A DNA stretch of 64,000 bases. It comes from Prasinococcaceae sp. CCMP 1430. Its lineage: Eukaryota; Plantae; Prasinodermophyta. Shown here piece after piece: positions 11,324-21,957 of this stretch; the stretch's first letter is position 1; each line of letters starts with the position of its first letter. Where the stretch lies: positions 1 to 64,000 of the forward strand of contig RQSC01000009.1 in assembly GCA_013416795.1 (NCBI GenBank). Reading direction: 5' to 3'. The notes below the pieces were generated by a model. The model ran no database searches, was not told where the DNA came from, and saw only the letters and a list, made by a program, of their open reading frames with translations. The translations under genes were made by a program, and so were the position numbers.

Positions 11324-12226
11324 CTACACTTCAAGTCGCCTGAACCGCCGCAGCGCCTCCGCGGCCTCGGGCGGCCAGAGGTGCGCCCGCGCGTAGCCCG
11401 GCTCGCTCAAGCTGCCGTCGAGAAACTCGGCGGCTGCGAACTGCTCCTCGGCGGCCTCCTCGCGACCGCGCGCCCAGAGCACGGCTGCAAGTGCCGCGCG
11501 TGCCTCAGCGTAATTGGCGTACTTGCGCGCGAGTCCGCTCAGCAGACGCTCCGACAGGTCTTCCTCCCCAACCTGCCACGCCGCGAGCGCCTGCTTGAGC
11601 CGATATCCGGCGAGTCCAGGCGCGAGATCGGCCGCCTTCGTGTAGTCGTCGAGCGCCTCGCGCCACAGGCCCATGTCGGCCTCGATCTGGCCGCGGTTGT
11701 GCCATGCGGCGAACTCGCGCGCGTCGAGCGAAATGGCCGTTGTGCAGTCAGCGCGCGCCTCTTCGAGCTTGCCGAGCGCCTGGCGCGCCACGGCGCGGTT
11801 GAGGAGCGGCACGGGCGCGTCGGGAGCGCGCGCCACCGCCTCGCTCAAGTTGCGCTCCGCGTCCGCAAAGTTGCCAAGCGAGTTTTGCACGTTTCCCAAG
11901 TTGCTGTAGGCGCTCGCACTGGGGTCTGTCTCGACTACCTGGAGGAAGAGCTGCTCGGCGAGCGCGAAGTCGCCGCGGTCGGCGGCCTCCACAGCGGCGC
12001 GCGTGCGCTGGTCCTCAACGTCCTCCAGGCGGACGTTGTAGTCGGTTGCCGCACGCGCGGCGCCAGTACCGAAGCCGCCGATCGACGCCGCAGCGGCAGC
12101 CGCTGCTGCAGCCAGCGCGTCCCGCCGACCGGAGCGTGCGGCTGCAGGGCATCGCCGTGCCCTCCGCGGCTCCGCGGCGCCGTGGCGCCGAGATGCCCGC
12201 GCCGACGCCTTCGCCGCGGCCGTCAT
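11324..12226 (-). CDS. TPR-repeat protein with plastid transit peptide and twin-arginine (Tat) lumenal signal
   Basis: Arg/Ala-rich N-terminus, GRRDALAAAAAAAAASIGG...ARA signal. TPR units: SAYSNLGN, LLNRAVA, AWHNRG, YAEARAALAA. Confidence 0.8.
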   Translation of the reverse strand: MTAAAKASARASRRHGAAEPRRARRCPAAARSGRRDALAAAAAAAAASIGGFGTGAARAATDYNVRLEDVEDQRTRAAVEAADRGDFALAEQLFLQVVETDPSASAYSNLGNVQNSLGNFADAERNLSEAVARAPDAPVPLLNRAVARQALGKLEEARADCTTAISLDAREFAAWHNRGQIEADMGLWREALDDYTKAADLAPGLAGYRLKQALAAWQVGEEDLSERLLSGLARKYANYAEARAALAAVLWARGREEAAEEQFAAAEFLDGSLSEPGYARAHLWPPEAAEALRRFRRLEV

Positions 12227-12679
12227 CTCTCGCTCGTGCGTGCCCACTGCTGCCGTGCCCCGCCGCGCGAGAGCGGCGCGTGCGTCTCGGCGCGCGTGCA
12301 CGCGCGCGCGCGCCCTTCAGTGCGAGCAACTGCCCCCAGCAGCCTCGCTGGCAGCCTCGCGCGTGCCCGAGGGGACAGCGGGGCAATGGTGCGCACCGCG
12401 CCAGCCCGCGTGTGTGGCGCGCGCGCCGGGCCGGGGGGGGGCGGGAGGGGGGGCAGCACAAAGAAGCGGATGCATCTGCGGTTGAGATGTGCATACCGTT
12501 TTCCCTGGCAACACATCAAAGCGTTTTTGACGTATGTGTGAATACACGGAGTGCATTTGGTTGTGGATAAGGCCAGTGCGCCACGTCGTGACTCGTCAGG
12601 GGATTGGCGAGTCCGGCGCGCACGTGAGACCGCTCGTGCCACAAGCGCGCGGCCGGCCCCGCGCGCCCAGCCCGCGCGC

Positions 12680-13533
12680 ATGATGGCGATGGCGGCGGCG
12701 ACTTCGACTACGTGCAGCGGCGGAGCTGTCGCAGGCGTGGGCGGCCGCGGCTCGGCCGCCGCGCAAGGCGCCGCGCCGTGCGGCGCCGCGGGCCGTGGCG
12801 TCGACGAGCTCCAGCGTGCAGCTCGCCCGCCCGCTGGGCCTCACGCTGGCGAGCGGGCCGGGGGACAACGGCGTCTGGGTGGAGGACATCGTTGCAGGCA
12901 GCAACGCTGAAGCGAGTGGCGCGTTCGCCGCGGGAGACGTGGTTACTGCCGTCGACGGGTGGCAGTGTGCAGGCGAGCCGTTCGAGGACGTGCTAGCGGT
13001 GCTCGCTGCGGGAGGCGAGGGCGACTCCGTCGAACTCGAGCTCAACCGCGCGGGGGAGGGCGCGCTCACTGGCGTCGCTGGTCGCATAGCTCTCGCGGCC
13101 AACGCGCAGCGCGAGGGTGTCACCGTCACCGCGAGCGGGTTGCAATACGAGGTGCTCAGCGAGGGCAAAGGCCGCAAGGTTGCATCCGTCAACGACTCCT
13201 GCGTAGTGCACTACGAGGTGCGAGCGAGCGCGTGCGCCCGCGTGCGCGCCTTGGTGCGTCGTCGCTGCGCGCATCGCTGACCCGACAGCACTCGCCAGGG
13301 CAAGCTAACGAATGGGCAGAAGTTCGACAGCAGCTACGATCGTGGCAAGCCTGCCGAGTTCAAGCCCAAGCAGGTCATCGCCGGCTGGACGGAAGCGCTG
13401 CTCGGGATGCGCGAGGGGGACACCTGGCAGGTGGGTGCTTGCCGCCACTATTGCGAACGCGTGGGCGCCGATTGGTCCACGCACCGCCACCCGCACTGAC
13501 TCACCATCCCTTATTCATCCCCACGCACGCTTT

Positions 13534-13573
<40 letters not shown>

Positions 13574-13693
13574 TGCCTTCTTTGACAGGTCCTGGTGCCA
13601 TGTGAGCTTGGCTATGGCAAGCGCGGCAGCGGCGCGCTCATCAAGGCCGGCGACGCGCTGAGCTTCAAGATTGAGCTGCAGCGCGTGTTCTGA
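12680..13693 (+). CDS. PDZ-domain plus FKBP-type peptidyl-prolyl isomerase, 3 exons; 5' frame uncertain
   Basis: Exons ~12680-13217, 13299-13430, 13589-13693. PDZ-like [28 protein letters not shown]; [41 protein letters not shown]. The ATGs near 12680 are out of frame with the body (frameshift or small intron). Confidence 0.82.
13534..13573 (+). repeat. (GCAC)n tetranucleotide microsatellite in FKBP intron 2
   Basis: About 10 tandem cgca/gcac units are directly visible. Confidence 0.85.
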
Positions 13694-13983
13694 GAGACGT
13701 CGCACTTGCAGTGACCATCGTCAGCCATGCGCTGCTGAGCCGGCTGCGCGCGGCCCCGCCAGGTGGTGGCGATCCGCGCCGAGGCAAGGACGAGGATGGC
13801 ACCCCTTTGCCGCACACAGCGCCCTGGCGCTCGAGGCCGCGCGTGCGCAGGTAGTGTGGTAAGTCGGTGTTTACTGTGTTTCCTATTGCATGGTTTCGTT
13901 TCAAGTGTGTCTCAGTGCGACGTGGATGCGCATGCGTGCTCCGGAAGTCTCGGCGCGCCCACCGCGCCGACCGCGGTGTGCGC

Positions 13984-15237
13984 TCACGCCACCGCCGCCG
14001 CGAGCGAGGGCCTGCGGACCAGGTCGAACATAGCGTTGAAGTGGGACATCGAGCCAAGAATTGTGCCCGCGTGGAAGAGCTCGTGCGAGCCGAACCAGCG
14101 CGGCGCGCGGTCGAGCCAGACGTCCGGCCAGTGACAGGCGTAGCACACGGCACCGCCGATGTACGCCGCGCCGCCGAAAGCGACCTTTTTGAACGTGCGT
14201 CGGCCCATGCCCTGCACCGTGGCGCTCGGCCCCGCCAACATGAAGGCAAAGCTCAGCCCCGTGCACACGACTGCCTCGGCCCAGCGCGGCAGGAACTCCT
14301 TCTCTGGCGTGCCGTCCTTCCTGGTTGGACCGCGAACAGCAGCGATGACGTGCGACGCGATGCCGACGGTCGACGCCGCGGCGACGGACACGAGCACCCG
14401 CGCGCGCTGAGCGCCGCGGAGCGCGAGTCCCACGAGGCCGTAGTACCCCCCGGCGATGCCCAAGAAGATGCCCACGCGGTCAAGGCGCGACAGCACGTGC
14501 ACCGTGTTGTCGTCGCCCCACTCGCAGCGGCGGCTCCACGGCATCCCGAACAGCGCGCTGCCGCGGTGCAGCGCCGCGGAGGCGGTGAACATGAGGCAGT
14601 TTCCCACGCCGAACGCCAGTGCGCCGGCGACCTGCTCACGCGTGCGCGAGATGCGCGCGAGGGACAAGCTCGCGCGCGCTGCAAGCGGCACGGCGGCGTG
14701 GTGCAGCATGCCGCGCAGGTGCGGCGCGTGCTGCGGCTGCCGCGTCCCGCCCCCGGTTTCACCCTCACCCGCGCCCCTGCGCTCGTCCTCGCCCTCGCCC
14801 TCGCCCTCGCCCTCGCTCAGTATCTCCGCGAGGTCGAGGAGCGAGCTTTGCGCCTGGATCTTCTGGAGCGTCGCCGCCTCCTGCGTGGCGGCGTACACCC
14901 GCATCGCCAGCGTCGCCTGGCGGGAGAGGTCGATGTCGCTCATGCTGCGCGTGCGCCGGCGCCCCCTGTGGGCGCAGAACACGCGCCTCGGCTGGCGGAT
15001 GGCGCGCGCGAGCTGCGCCGCCGGCGACCGGCGCTTGATCGCCGTCGCGCCCGTCCACGTCTGATGCTGCTGCTGCTGGCCCTCGAGCGACGCAATGCAC
15101 GCCGCGCTCCGGCTGCGGTGCGCGTACGAGAGCGCTCCGCCGTGTCCTCCGAGGGCGTGCGGGCCGAACGGCGCGACCGCGCCTACGCCGGCCGGGCCGC
15201 CGCGCGCGTGCATGCCGACCTCCGCCTCCATCTCCAT
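13984..15237 (-). CDS. Hemolysin-III/PAQR family membrane protein
   Basis: Motifs: SAALH, SRLDRVGIFLGIAG, WPD..FGSHELFH...SH (PAQR Zn-binding His pattern). Several hydrophobic helices. Confidence 0.8.
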   Translation of the reverse strand: MEMEAEVGMHARGGPAGVGAVAPFGPHALGGHGGALSYAHRSRSAACIASLEGQQQQHQTWTGATAIKRRSPAAQLARAIRQPRRVFCAHRGRRRTRSMSDIDLSRQATLAMRVYAATQEAATLQKIQAQSSLLDLAEILSEGEGEGEGEDERRGAGEGETGGGTRQPQHAPHLRGMLHHAAVPLAARASLSLARISRTREQVAGALAFGVGNCLMFTASAALHRGSALFGMPWSRRCEWGDDNTVHVLSRLDRVGIFLGIAGGYYGLVGLALRGAQRARVLVSVAAASTVGIASHVIAAVRGPTRKDGTPEKEFLPRWAEAVVCTGLSFAFMLAGPSATVQGMGRRTFKKVAFGGAAYIGGAVCYACHWPDVWLDRAPRWFGSHELFHAGTILGSMSHFNAMFDLVRRPSLAAAVA

Positions 15238-15289
15238 GGCGCCCGGTCGCGCGCGCGCCGCGCCGCGCTTCCCCGCTCGTCCCCGCCGC

Positions 15290-16034
15290 TCGCCTGCAGG
15301 CGCTCCACCGCCTTGCGCGAGAAGCCGCAGCGTGGCGCGTCGGGGTTGCCCTTCATGAAGAGCATCACGTCGTGCGAGCGAACGAGGCCCGCCAGGTCGT
15401 CCACAGGACGCTTGAGCGCCTGCAGCGGAGAGGGTTCGGGATGACAGGGGTCAGCGCGCCCGTGTCCGGGTCCAGGGTTGCATGCGGCGGGCGGCTTGGC
15501 GCGTGAGCAGGAACGATGCCACCGGCGCAAGGAGCATGCGCACCTCATCAAATGTCTTCTGCAGCTCGCCGCTCTCAGCCATCTCCTGGATGATGTCGTT
15601 GCCGCCGAGCAGCTCGCCCTTGAGGTATAGCTGCGGGTAGGTGGGCCACTGCGAAAACTTCTTGAGCTCCTGCCGGACGTCCTCGTCCTCGAGGATGTCG
15701 AAGGTGCCGAACTTGTGTCCGGTCGCCTGCAGGCGCTCCACCGCCTTGCGCGAGAAGCCGCAGCGTGGCGCGTCGGGGTTGCCCTTCATGAAGAGCATCA
15801 CGTCGTGCGAGCGAACGAGGCCCGCCAGGTCGTCCACAGGACGCTTGAGCGCCTGCAGCGGAGAGGGTTCGGGATGACAGGGGTCAGCGCGCCCGTGTCC
15901 GGGTCCAGGGTTGCATGCGGCGGGCGGCTTGGCGCGTGAGCAGGAACGATGCCACCGGCGCAAGGAGCATGCGCACCTCATCAAATGTCTTCTGCAGCTC
16001 GCCGCTCTCAGCCATCTCCTGGATGATGTCGTTG
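15290..16034 (-). CDS. Internal fragment of multi-domain monothiol (CGFS) glutaredoxin, GRXS17/GRX3-like; tandem exon+intron units
   Basis: Complete 309-nt phase-0 exon at 15544-15852 ([31 protein letters not shown]). It is flanked by identical 124-nt introns (15420-15543, 15853-15976) and partial neighbouring exons. Confidence 0.8.
15290..16034. repeat. Direct repeat with 433-bp period (15290-15601 = 15723-16034)
   Basis: The two ~312-bp stretches look identical by eye. The second ends at the N at 16035. Confidence 0.9.
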
Positions 16035-17027
16035 NGCGCGCGCGCAGCCACGGGCGGGCGGCCGGGGCGTCGCGGTTTGACCGGCGGGGGTCGTCGTCGG
16101 CGGCGACGCGACGCGAACCAGTTCAGGTTTTATCATTCGCCATTTGGGGTTAATTCTCCATCGACGGTCGGTGGGTGCAATCAGAATACGAACTCATGGC
16201 ACAAACGCGCGGGCGTTGCGTGTAGGGTCTGTGGTGGGCTGTGCGCATGCGATGCTTTTTGATGGCGGGTCGTCCGGCCACCACGCGGCAGGCGCGCGCG
16301 GGCGCGCGCATGCCGAGTGATGGCGCGCCGTTCCCCGACCGACCCGAGTTGCCCAACCAACAGGCCACTCGGGCGTGGGCGCGCGCGCGCGCGCGCGCGC
16401 GCCGCCGGGTTGCCCCCGTTTTCGATCCGCTCGCAGGCTCGCACCCGTCCGCAGTGCCCTACTATCTGTCGCTCGCCGCTACCATCTGTGGGTCTGTCGG
16501 CGGAGGACGGGGGGCGCTCGATCGTTCGGTCGGTCGGAGAGCAGTCGGTCGGCACTTCGTTCGTCGTGATAGCTCGCAGGCCGCGGTGTGCGTCGACGAA
16601 CGACGAAGCTCGATGGAAAAGTGACCTCTCGTTTAAAGGATAACGGCCTGGCTGGCTTGGGTCAACGCAACGGGCAGCGCGGGCGTCGTGTGGGCTGCGT
16701 GCTGCCTGCTGGAGCCGGGGCGGCCAGGGGGCAGCGGGGCGCAAGCGGAGCACGCGGACGCCACGCGACAACGCAGCGTCCACCCCCTGTCAGCGTGTCC
16801 TCCCCTGCTCCCGCGTGGGCCCGCCGCGAGGGCGCGCGCACACACTGCGCCCACCCAGGCGGCCGCGGCGGCGACGCAGTGCGGCACTCGGCGCGCGCCG
16901 CGCCCGAGGCGCAAAGCGCGGCGCGGCGCGGCGCGCCTGCTGCTGCAGCTGCCGCAGCCCGCCGCGCCAGCTGCGGCTGCGCCGAGCAGACGAGCCGCGC
17001 GGGCGCTGCGCAGCTGCAGGCAGCGCC

Positions 17028-18620
17028 ATGGCCGAGGAGGGCGGAAGCATCGCTGCCGAAAATGGCAGCGCGGCCGCATCCGTCGCCAAGGGGGGCGGGC
17101 TTCCCATCGCGCCTCCCGAGCGCGCCAATGGTGGCGCGCCCGCCGACGCTGGCGGCGCGCACGGCGGCGAGGACACGGATGCGCTGACGCGCTCGAAAGA
17201 GATCAGGGCTAGCACAGACGAGGCGGACGAGGCGGAGGATGCGACGACTGTGGGGAGCTCGCAAGCTCCACCATCCGCTCCGCCGCCGCCCCCCCCGGCG
17301 AGCGCGGACCTCCGCGCCGGCATCCAGCGATCGAAAAGCTTCAGGCGCGCCATGGCCAGCATGAGGATGGCGAATCGAGCCCTAGCGACCAGCTTGGTCG
17401 CCGGGAAGCTGGGCGCGCTGGCGCCCTCGTCGAAGCTGCGCTCTTCTGTGGCGGTGGTATCGATTGGCCATTTCTTCGTCGTCGCCACGCTGCCAGCCTT
17501 GCGATACATCGACGCCTATTCCCTCGACGCGAGGTGCGCCCCGCTCGCCGCTTGCGTGAGCGCGCGCGCCACGGTCGCGCCCCACGCTGTGGAGCGCCAC
17601 AGCGAACGCGCGCGCAGACTCGCACGCTCCCTTGCTCACTGCACTGGCGCTCCCGGCGCTCCCGTCCCAAACTTCACATCTTCCGCCCCCCACACGCGCC
17701 CTCGCAGGCTCGTGTGGCTCCCATACACACAGGGAAGCCTCGCGACCGTCACGGCGCTTCTCGGCGTGACAACGGCCTTCGTGAGGACCTCGACGACGTG
17801 GGCGACGCTTTACGCCATGGCATCAATATTTTACGGGAGCTGTGTGGGCGCGCTCACGCTCGCCACGTCCGCGCTCATGGTTGAGCTCTGTGGCCTCGAG
17901 CAGGCGTCATTTCGAGGCTGCAGCGCTGCCGAGACCGGCGACGGCGCCTGCGGGTGTCTTGAGACCTCCACCTGCATCGATGCGAGCCTGGCATCGGAGT
18001 GCCCGGACTGCACGGCGTACTCGGTGGAGGTATGCGACCAATTTCAGGGTACCGGTGCGGCCGCGAACGGTTTTTACCTGGACGCGCTTGCCGCGGCTGT
18101 CATGGTGTTGATGGGCATGGTGTCGAGCTTCTACGCGCTGCAGCTCACCGTGCGCGAGCAGACGGAACGCGCGACAGGCAGCGCTGCTCATGCTCGCACC
18201 GTCAAGGCAGCCTCGACGCGGCGGCCCCGGCCGCCTGCGGAGCCCTCCCGGCCTGCCCGTGAGCCCGTCGCGGGCGGCGTCGCTACCACCTCTCTGGACG
18301 AGCAGGCAATTGAGCAACAGGTTGCGACTGCGGTGGCGCGCGTCTCCGCGGAGATGCGCGCTCATAATGAACATGTGCTGAAGGAAATGACAGGGGCAAT
18401 GCGCGCCGCAAATCAGGACCTGAAGAGAGCTCTGGCAGACGAGCACGGCAAGCTCGCAAGCGAGCTCAAGGCGCAGATGGCACAGATGGTGAGCGCCCAC
18501 ACGAGCGTTGGCACGCTTCGCAGCCTCGGCGGCGATGGTGGCGGCGGTCCGCAATATGTCGAAGATCCCTATCTGGCCTCGCCCACCGCGTACGCGTCAA
18601 CGCACTTGTACAATATGTAA
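17028..18620 (+). CDS. Hypothetical 4-TM membrane protein with Cys-rich loop and C-terminal coiled coil, 2 exons
   Basis: Exons 17028-17533 and 17708-18620 (GTGCGC..CGCAG). Four hydrophobic segments, 8 Cys between TM3 and TM4. TGTAA overlaps the stop codon. Confidence 0.7.
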   Translation: MAEEGGSIAAENGSAAASVAKGGGLPIAPPERANGGAPADAGGAHGGEDTDALTRSKEIRASTDEADEAEDATTVGSSQAPPSAPPPPPPASADLRAGIQRSKSFRRAMASMRMANRALATSLVAGKLGALAPSSKLRSSVAVVSIGHFFVVATLPALRYIDAYSLDARCAPLAACVSARATVAPHAVERHSERARRLARSLAHCTGAPGAPVPNFTSSAPHTRPRRLVWLPYTQGSLATVTALLGVTTAFVRTSTTWATLYAMASIFYGSCVGALTLATSALMVELCGLEQASFRGCSAAETGDGACGCLETSTCIDASLASECPDCTAYSVEVCDQFQGTGAAANGFYLDALAAAVMVLMGMVSSFYALQLTVREQTERATGSAAHARTVKAASTRRPRPPAEPSRPAREPVAGGVATTSLDEQAIEQQVATAVARVSAEMRAHNEHVLKEMTGAMRAANQDLKRALADEHGKLASELKAQMAQMVSAHTSVGTLRSLGGDGGGGPQYVEDPYLASPTAYASTHLYNM

Positions 18621-19480
18621 AGTAGACGTGACTTTATCACACAGCGGAAGCGTGGCGCATGGCTCGCGCCAAGCGATCTCGACGCGGCGCGCGCGGGAAT
18701 CATCGGATGCGCACGCCCAGTCGCGGCGACGGCGGCAGCAGCGAGCAGGTGGTCTGGCGTGACGTGGACATCGGTGCTCTGATTGCATGAAAAATGGGCC
18801 GAGTGGCCACAGCCACTCGAGACCCGGGGAGCGCCCCTGTGACGGGGCGGCCCTCACCACGGCGGAGGGTCTTGGGGCGCGCGCGTGCCAAAAGGCATCA
18901 CGGCCCCGCCGATGGTGCTTGCAGGTGCACCGCAGCGGCGAAGAGAAGAAAGACGCGAGAGCAACTCCGAGAGCGCGAAAACAGCGACAGCACAGCACAG
19001 CAAAGCGCCTGCGACACCAACAGCACAGAACAGCGCGCATTCGAGCGTCATCTCCACCAGCCAGGCAGGGCGCGCGAGCGCGACAACGAGCAGCAAGCAA
19101 CCAGAGCGCCACACCACTTTCCGTCGGGCCCTGCTTGGAACGGGCCGCGCATGGTAGTCGGGCACGGGTAGGGGGCGTGTCGGTAGAAAGAGAATCTCGA
19201 GCGTATCGCGCCGCGTCAAGCAGGCAGACAGCGAGATCTTGCGTGGCACGGCCGCAGCCACGCCGAAACCCCCTTATTCCCTTGAGGACGTCGAGGGTAG
19301 CGTTAGCCGCGGCATCGGCCTCTCAGAGCGAACGGGGCCGAAGGAAGCGCTGCGATCCCTGAGATGCGTCCTCGGGCAGGCCGCAGTGCCCTCAGCAGCT
19401 CGAGTCGGGCGTGCGCCTGCACGCAGACAGCTTCCAACGCCGCTCCGAGCCCACCTCTCGGGTGAGAGCCGAAGGATACC

Positions 19481-19590
19481 GCAGACATGCAGACATGCAG
19501 ACGTGCAGATACAGACATGCAGACATGCAACATGCAGACATGCAGACGTGCGGATACAGACATGCAGACATGCAACATGCAGACGTGCGA
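19481..19590 (+). repeat. GCAGACAT-based minisatellite with 45-bp higher-order unit
   Basis: About 13 degenerate octamers. gcagacatgcagacgtgc(a/g)gatacagacatgcagacatgcaacat occurs twice. Confidence 0.85.
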
Positions 19591-21957
19591 AATGAGAGCG
19601 CGCGACCTCGCGCGCGCATCTCAGCCGGCACGCGATGCTGTCATCGAGCGCGTCACGTTAGGTGGACGACCCGGGAATCACAGCTGAAGCTCGTGTCCCA
19701 CGCCACCAACGGCACAACACCTCTGTGCGGTAGCCTGCACCACGCCACCGTCGCACCGTAGTGTGCGTAGCCTCCCTCCGCCGCGTCGTTTCCCGACCCG
19801 CTCTGGCCTGCAGAATTCGCGTTTGCGCGCATGGCAGGAAGGGCGAGCGCGCCAGAAAGATGGGTTCGAAGGAGGGGAAACGAAGCAAAAGACGGGCATC
19901 GCATTGCAGTTCGCAGCACGCGCGCGTAGAAGGAGGACCTCGACAGGCAGACACCACAAACCCAATTGCAGGGCGAGCAGAAGAGGCGCACACGACCAGT
20001 TGACACCGCGCACAGCAATGGGGCAACACGAGGCACGCGCATTCGAGCAAAGACGAGGGGCACCGCGGGAGAGCACGCAGTCGCATGCAGCAGGCAACGC
20101 AGTGCCGTACACTTTGAAGGAAGGGCAGAGAGACGCCGCCGCGTAGCGTTGCCGTGGACGCAGGGCTCTCGAGAAGCGAACCAGTCGTCGATCTCCAGCA
20201 GTAGAGTCGAGCCAAGCTGCAAGTAGCGGGGCACGGGAAGAGAGCGAGCAGCAGAGCACAGCAGTCACAGGAGCGCGCGGTGAAGCGGCACAGAGAGCAC
20301 GGGGAACACGATGAAATCAAGCAAGAGGCGAGCGCACAGCAACCGCCAAGGCGCGTGCGTCGGGGGTGCATTATTCACAGGGAGCGAGCGGGCGGAAGGT
20401 CGGAGGCAGCAACAAGAACCGCGCTGACAGCAGGCACTCCGCGGCTTTGACCAGACAGCGCTCCGTTTTGACGTCGCAGCGGCGGCGCTCAGGAAGAGGG
20501 GGTTGGATGCGCGCGGCACTCGGCAGGGCACGCCACGGGCTGACTCACGAGCGCAGGCACCATTCAGGCACACCGCCGCGTCGCACACAGGTCGGCTTTC
20601 GCTCCCAAGCACACATGCAGCGGCTCTCGTAGAACGCGGGGTTCGGCGCTTCTTGTGCAGCCACACACGCGCGGGTTTCGTATCGCCCATCGTCGTCGGC
20701 GCACGCGCGTGGCGCCCGACATGCGCGTCCGCAGGCGCAGCGCCGCCATGCCAGCCACGCGGCTCGGCATTTTGGTCTGATGAGTTCGCTGTGCTGCGGC
20801 AGCAGAAGAAGAAGGAGGAGGAGGAGGAGGAGGAGGCGAGGGGAGCGCACGCCGCGCCGCAGCCGTGCAGAAGACTCCCGGACCAGCGCGCGTTCGGCGC
20901 CCACTGTCCCAGCGCCGCGTCGAGTGCGTCGCGCGCTCGCGCCGTCCCGGCCGTGCGCGCGCCCTCGCGGGCAGCGCCTCGCGCCGTATCAAGGCATGCG
21001 CTTTCTCTCGCGCTCGCTTGCGCGGAAGAGAGGAAGAGAGGAAGAGAGGAGGAGGGGGGCGCGCGCGCAGCGCCGGGGGCGCGTGCGCACGCGCGGCTTC
21101 GAGCTCACCCCATGGTAGTTTCCCAAGGCCGGCAACGACGGCCGGTCGGACGGGGGCGCACCACACCTGCGCCGCGTGGCGCGCGGCGTGTGTGCCGCGC
21201 GTGCGCGCGCCTGCCCCCCCGCCCCCCGCTCCCTTGGTGTCCGCGCGCTGCGCCCTAAAAAACAAACCGCGGTGCTGCCCCGCGAAAGCTGTCATTCCAC
21301 GCGTACGTCTCCAGTCCGGCGCCATGCGAGCGCCGTCCCACCAGCCCGCACTGCGCGCACCGAAATCCCACCCCGCGAAACGGACCGCGCCCGACGAAAA
21401 AAAAAAAAAAAAACGCTTTTGGGGGGGCGGAAGCTTCTCCGTTCCGCCGCCCGCGCCAGCACGCCCCCGGCCCCGCACGTCCAACTGCGCATGCATGCTG
21501 ACCTCCGAAAATGAACTCTCCCGTGGGTTTGTGTTGACATCGACGTCACGTTGCATCGGACGGCCGCGCGGCGCACCCCAAACGGGAGCCGCGCGGCGCC
21601 GCGAGTTCAGGTCGGTACCCGAGTTTGGGTATGAATCAAGAGGGTCCATCATTCGATGCTCTCGATCGATGATGATCTGGCGAGCGATGCGGTGCGCGTT
21701 GGCGCATTGGCGTGTGCGCGCAGGCTGGCGGGCAATACCCCCCCCCCCCCTCTCCAACAGCCCCCTGCTGCGCCGCTCGAGGCCGAGGCGCTCGAGGCGG
21801 CTGGGCGCGCTGGTGCTGGCGCCGAGGGGCGGCAGCTCGACGCGCGGGCGCTCGGGCGGCGCCGGGCGCATACCCCCCCCCCGGCGCTGATCCCGTGCCG
21901 CGCCTGCGACGGCACAGGGCGCGCGCCCGGCGCGCGCCTGTCATTGGCGTGGCGGCG

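Noticed and set aside
19481-19590. CRISPR-like array
   Set aside because: Contiguous short tandem units without unique spacers, no cas genes, eukaryotic context.
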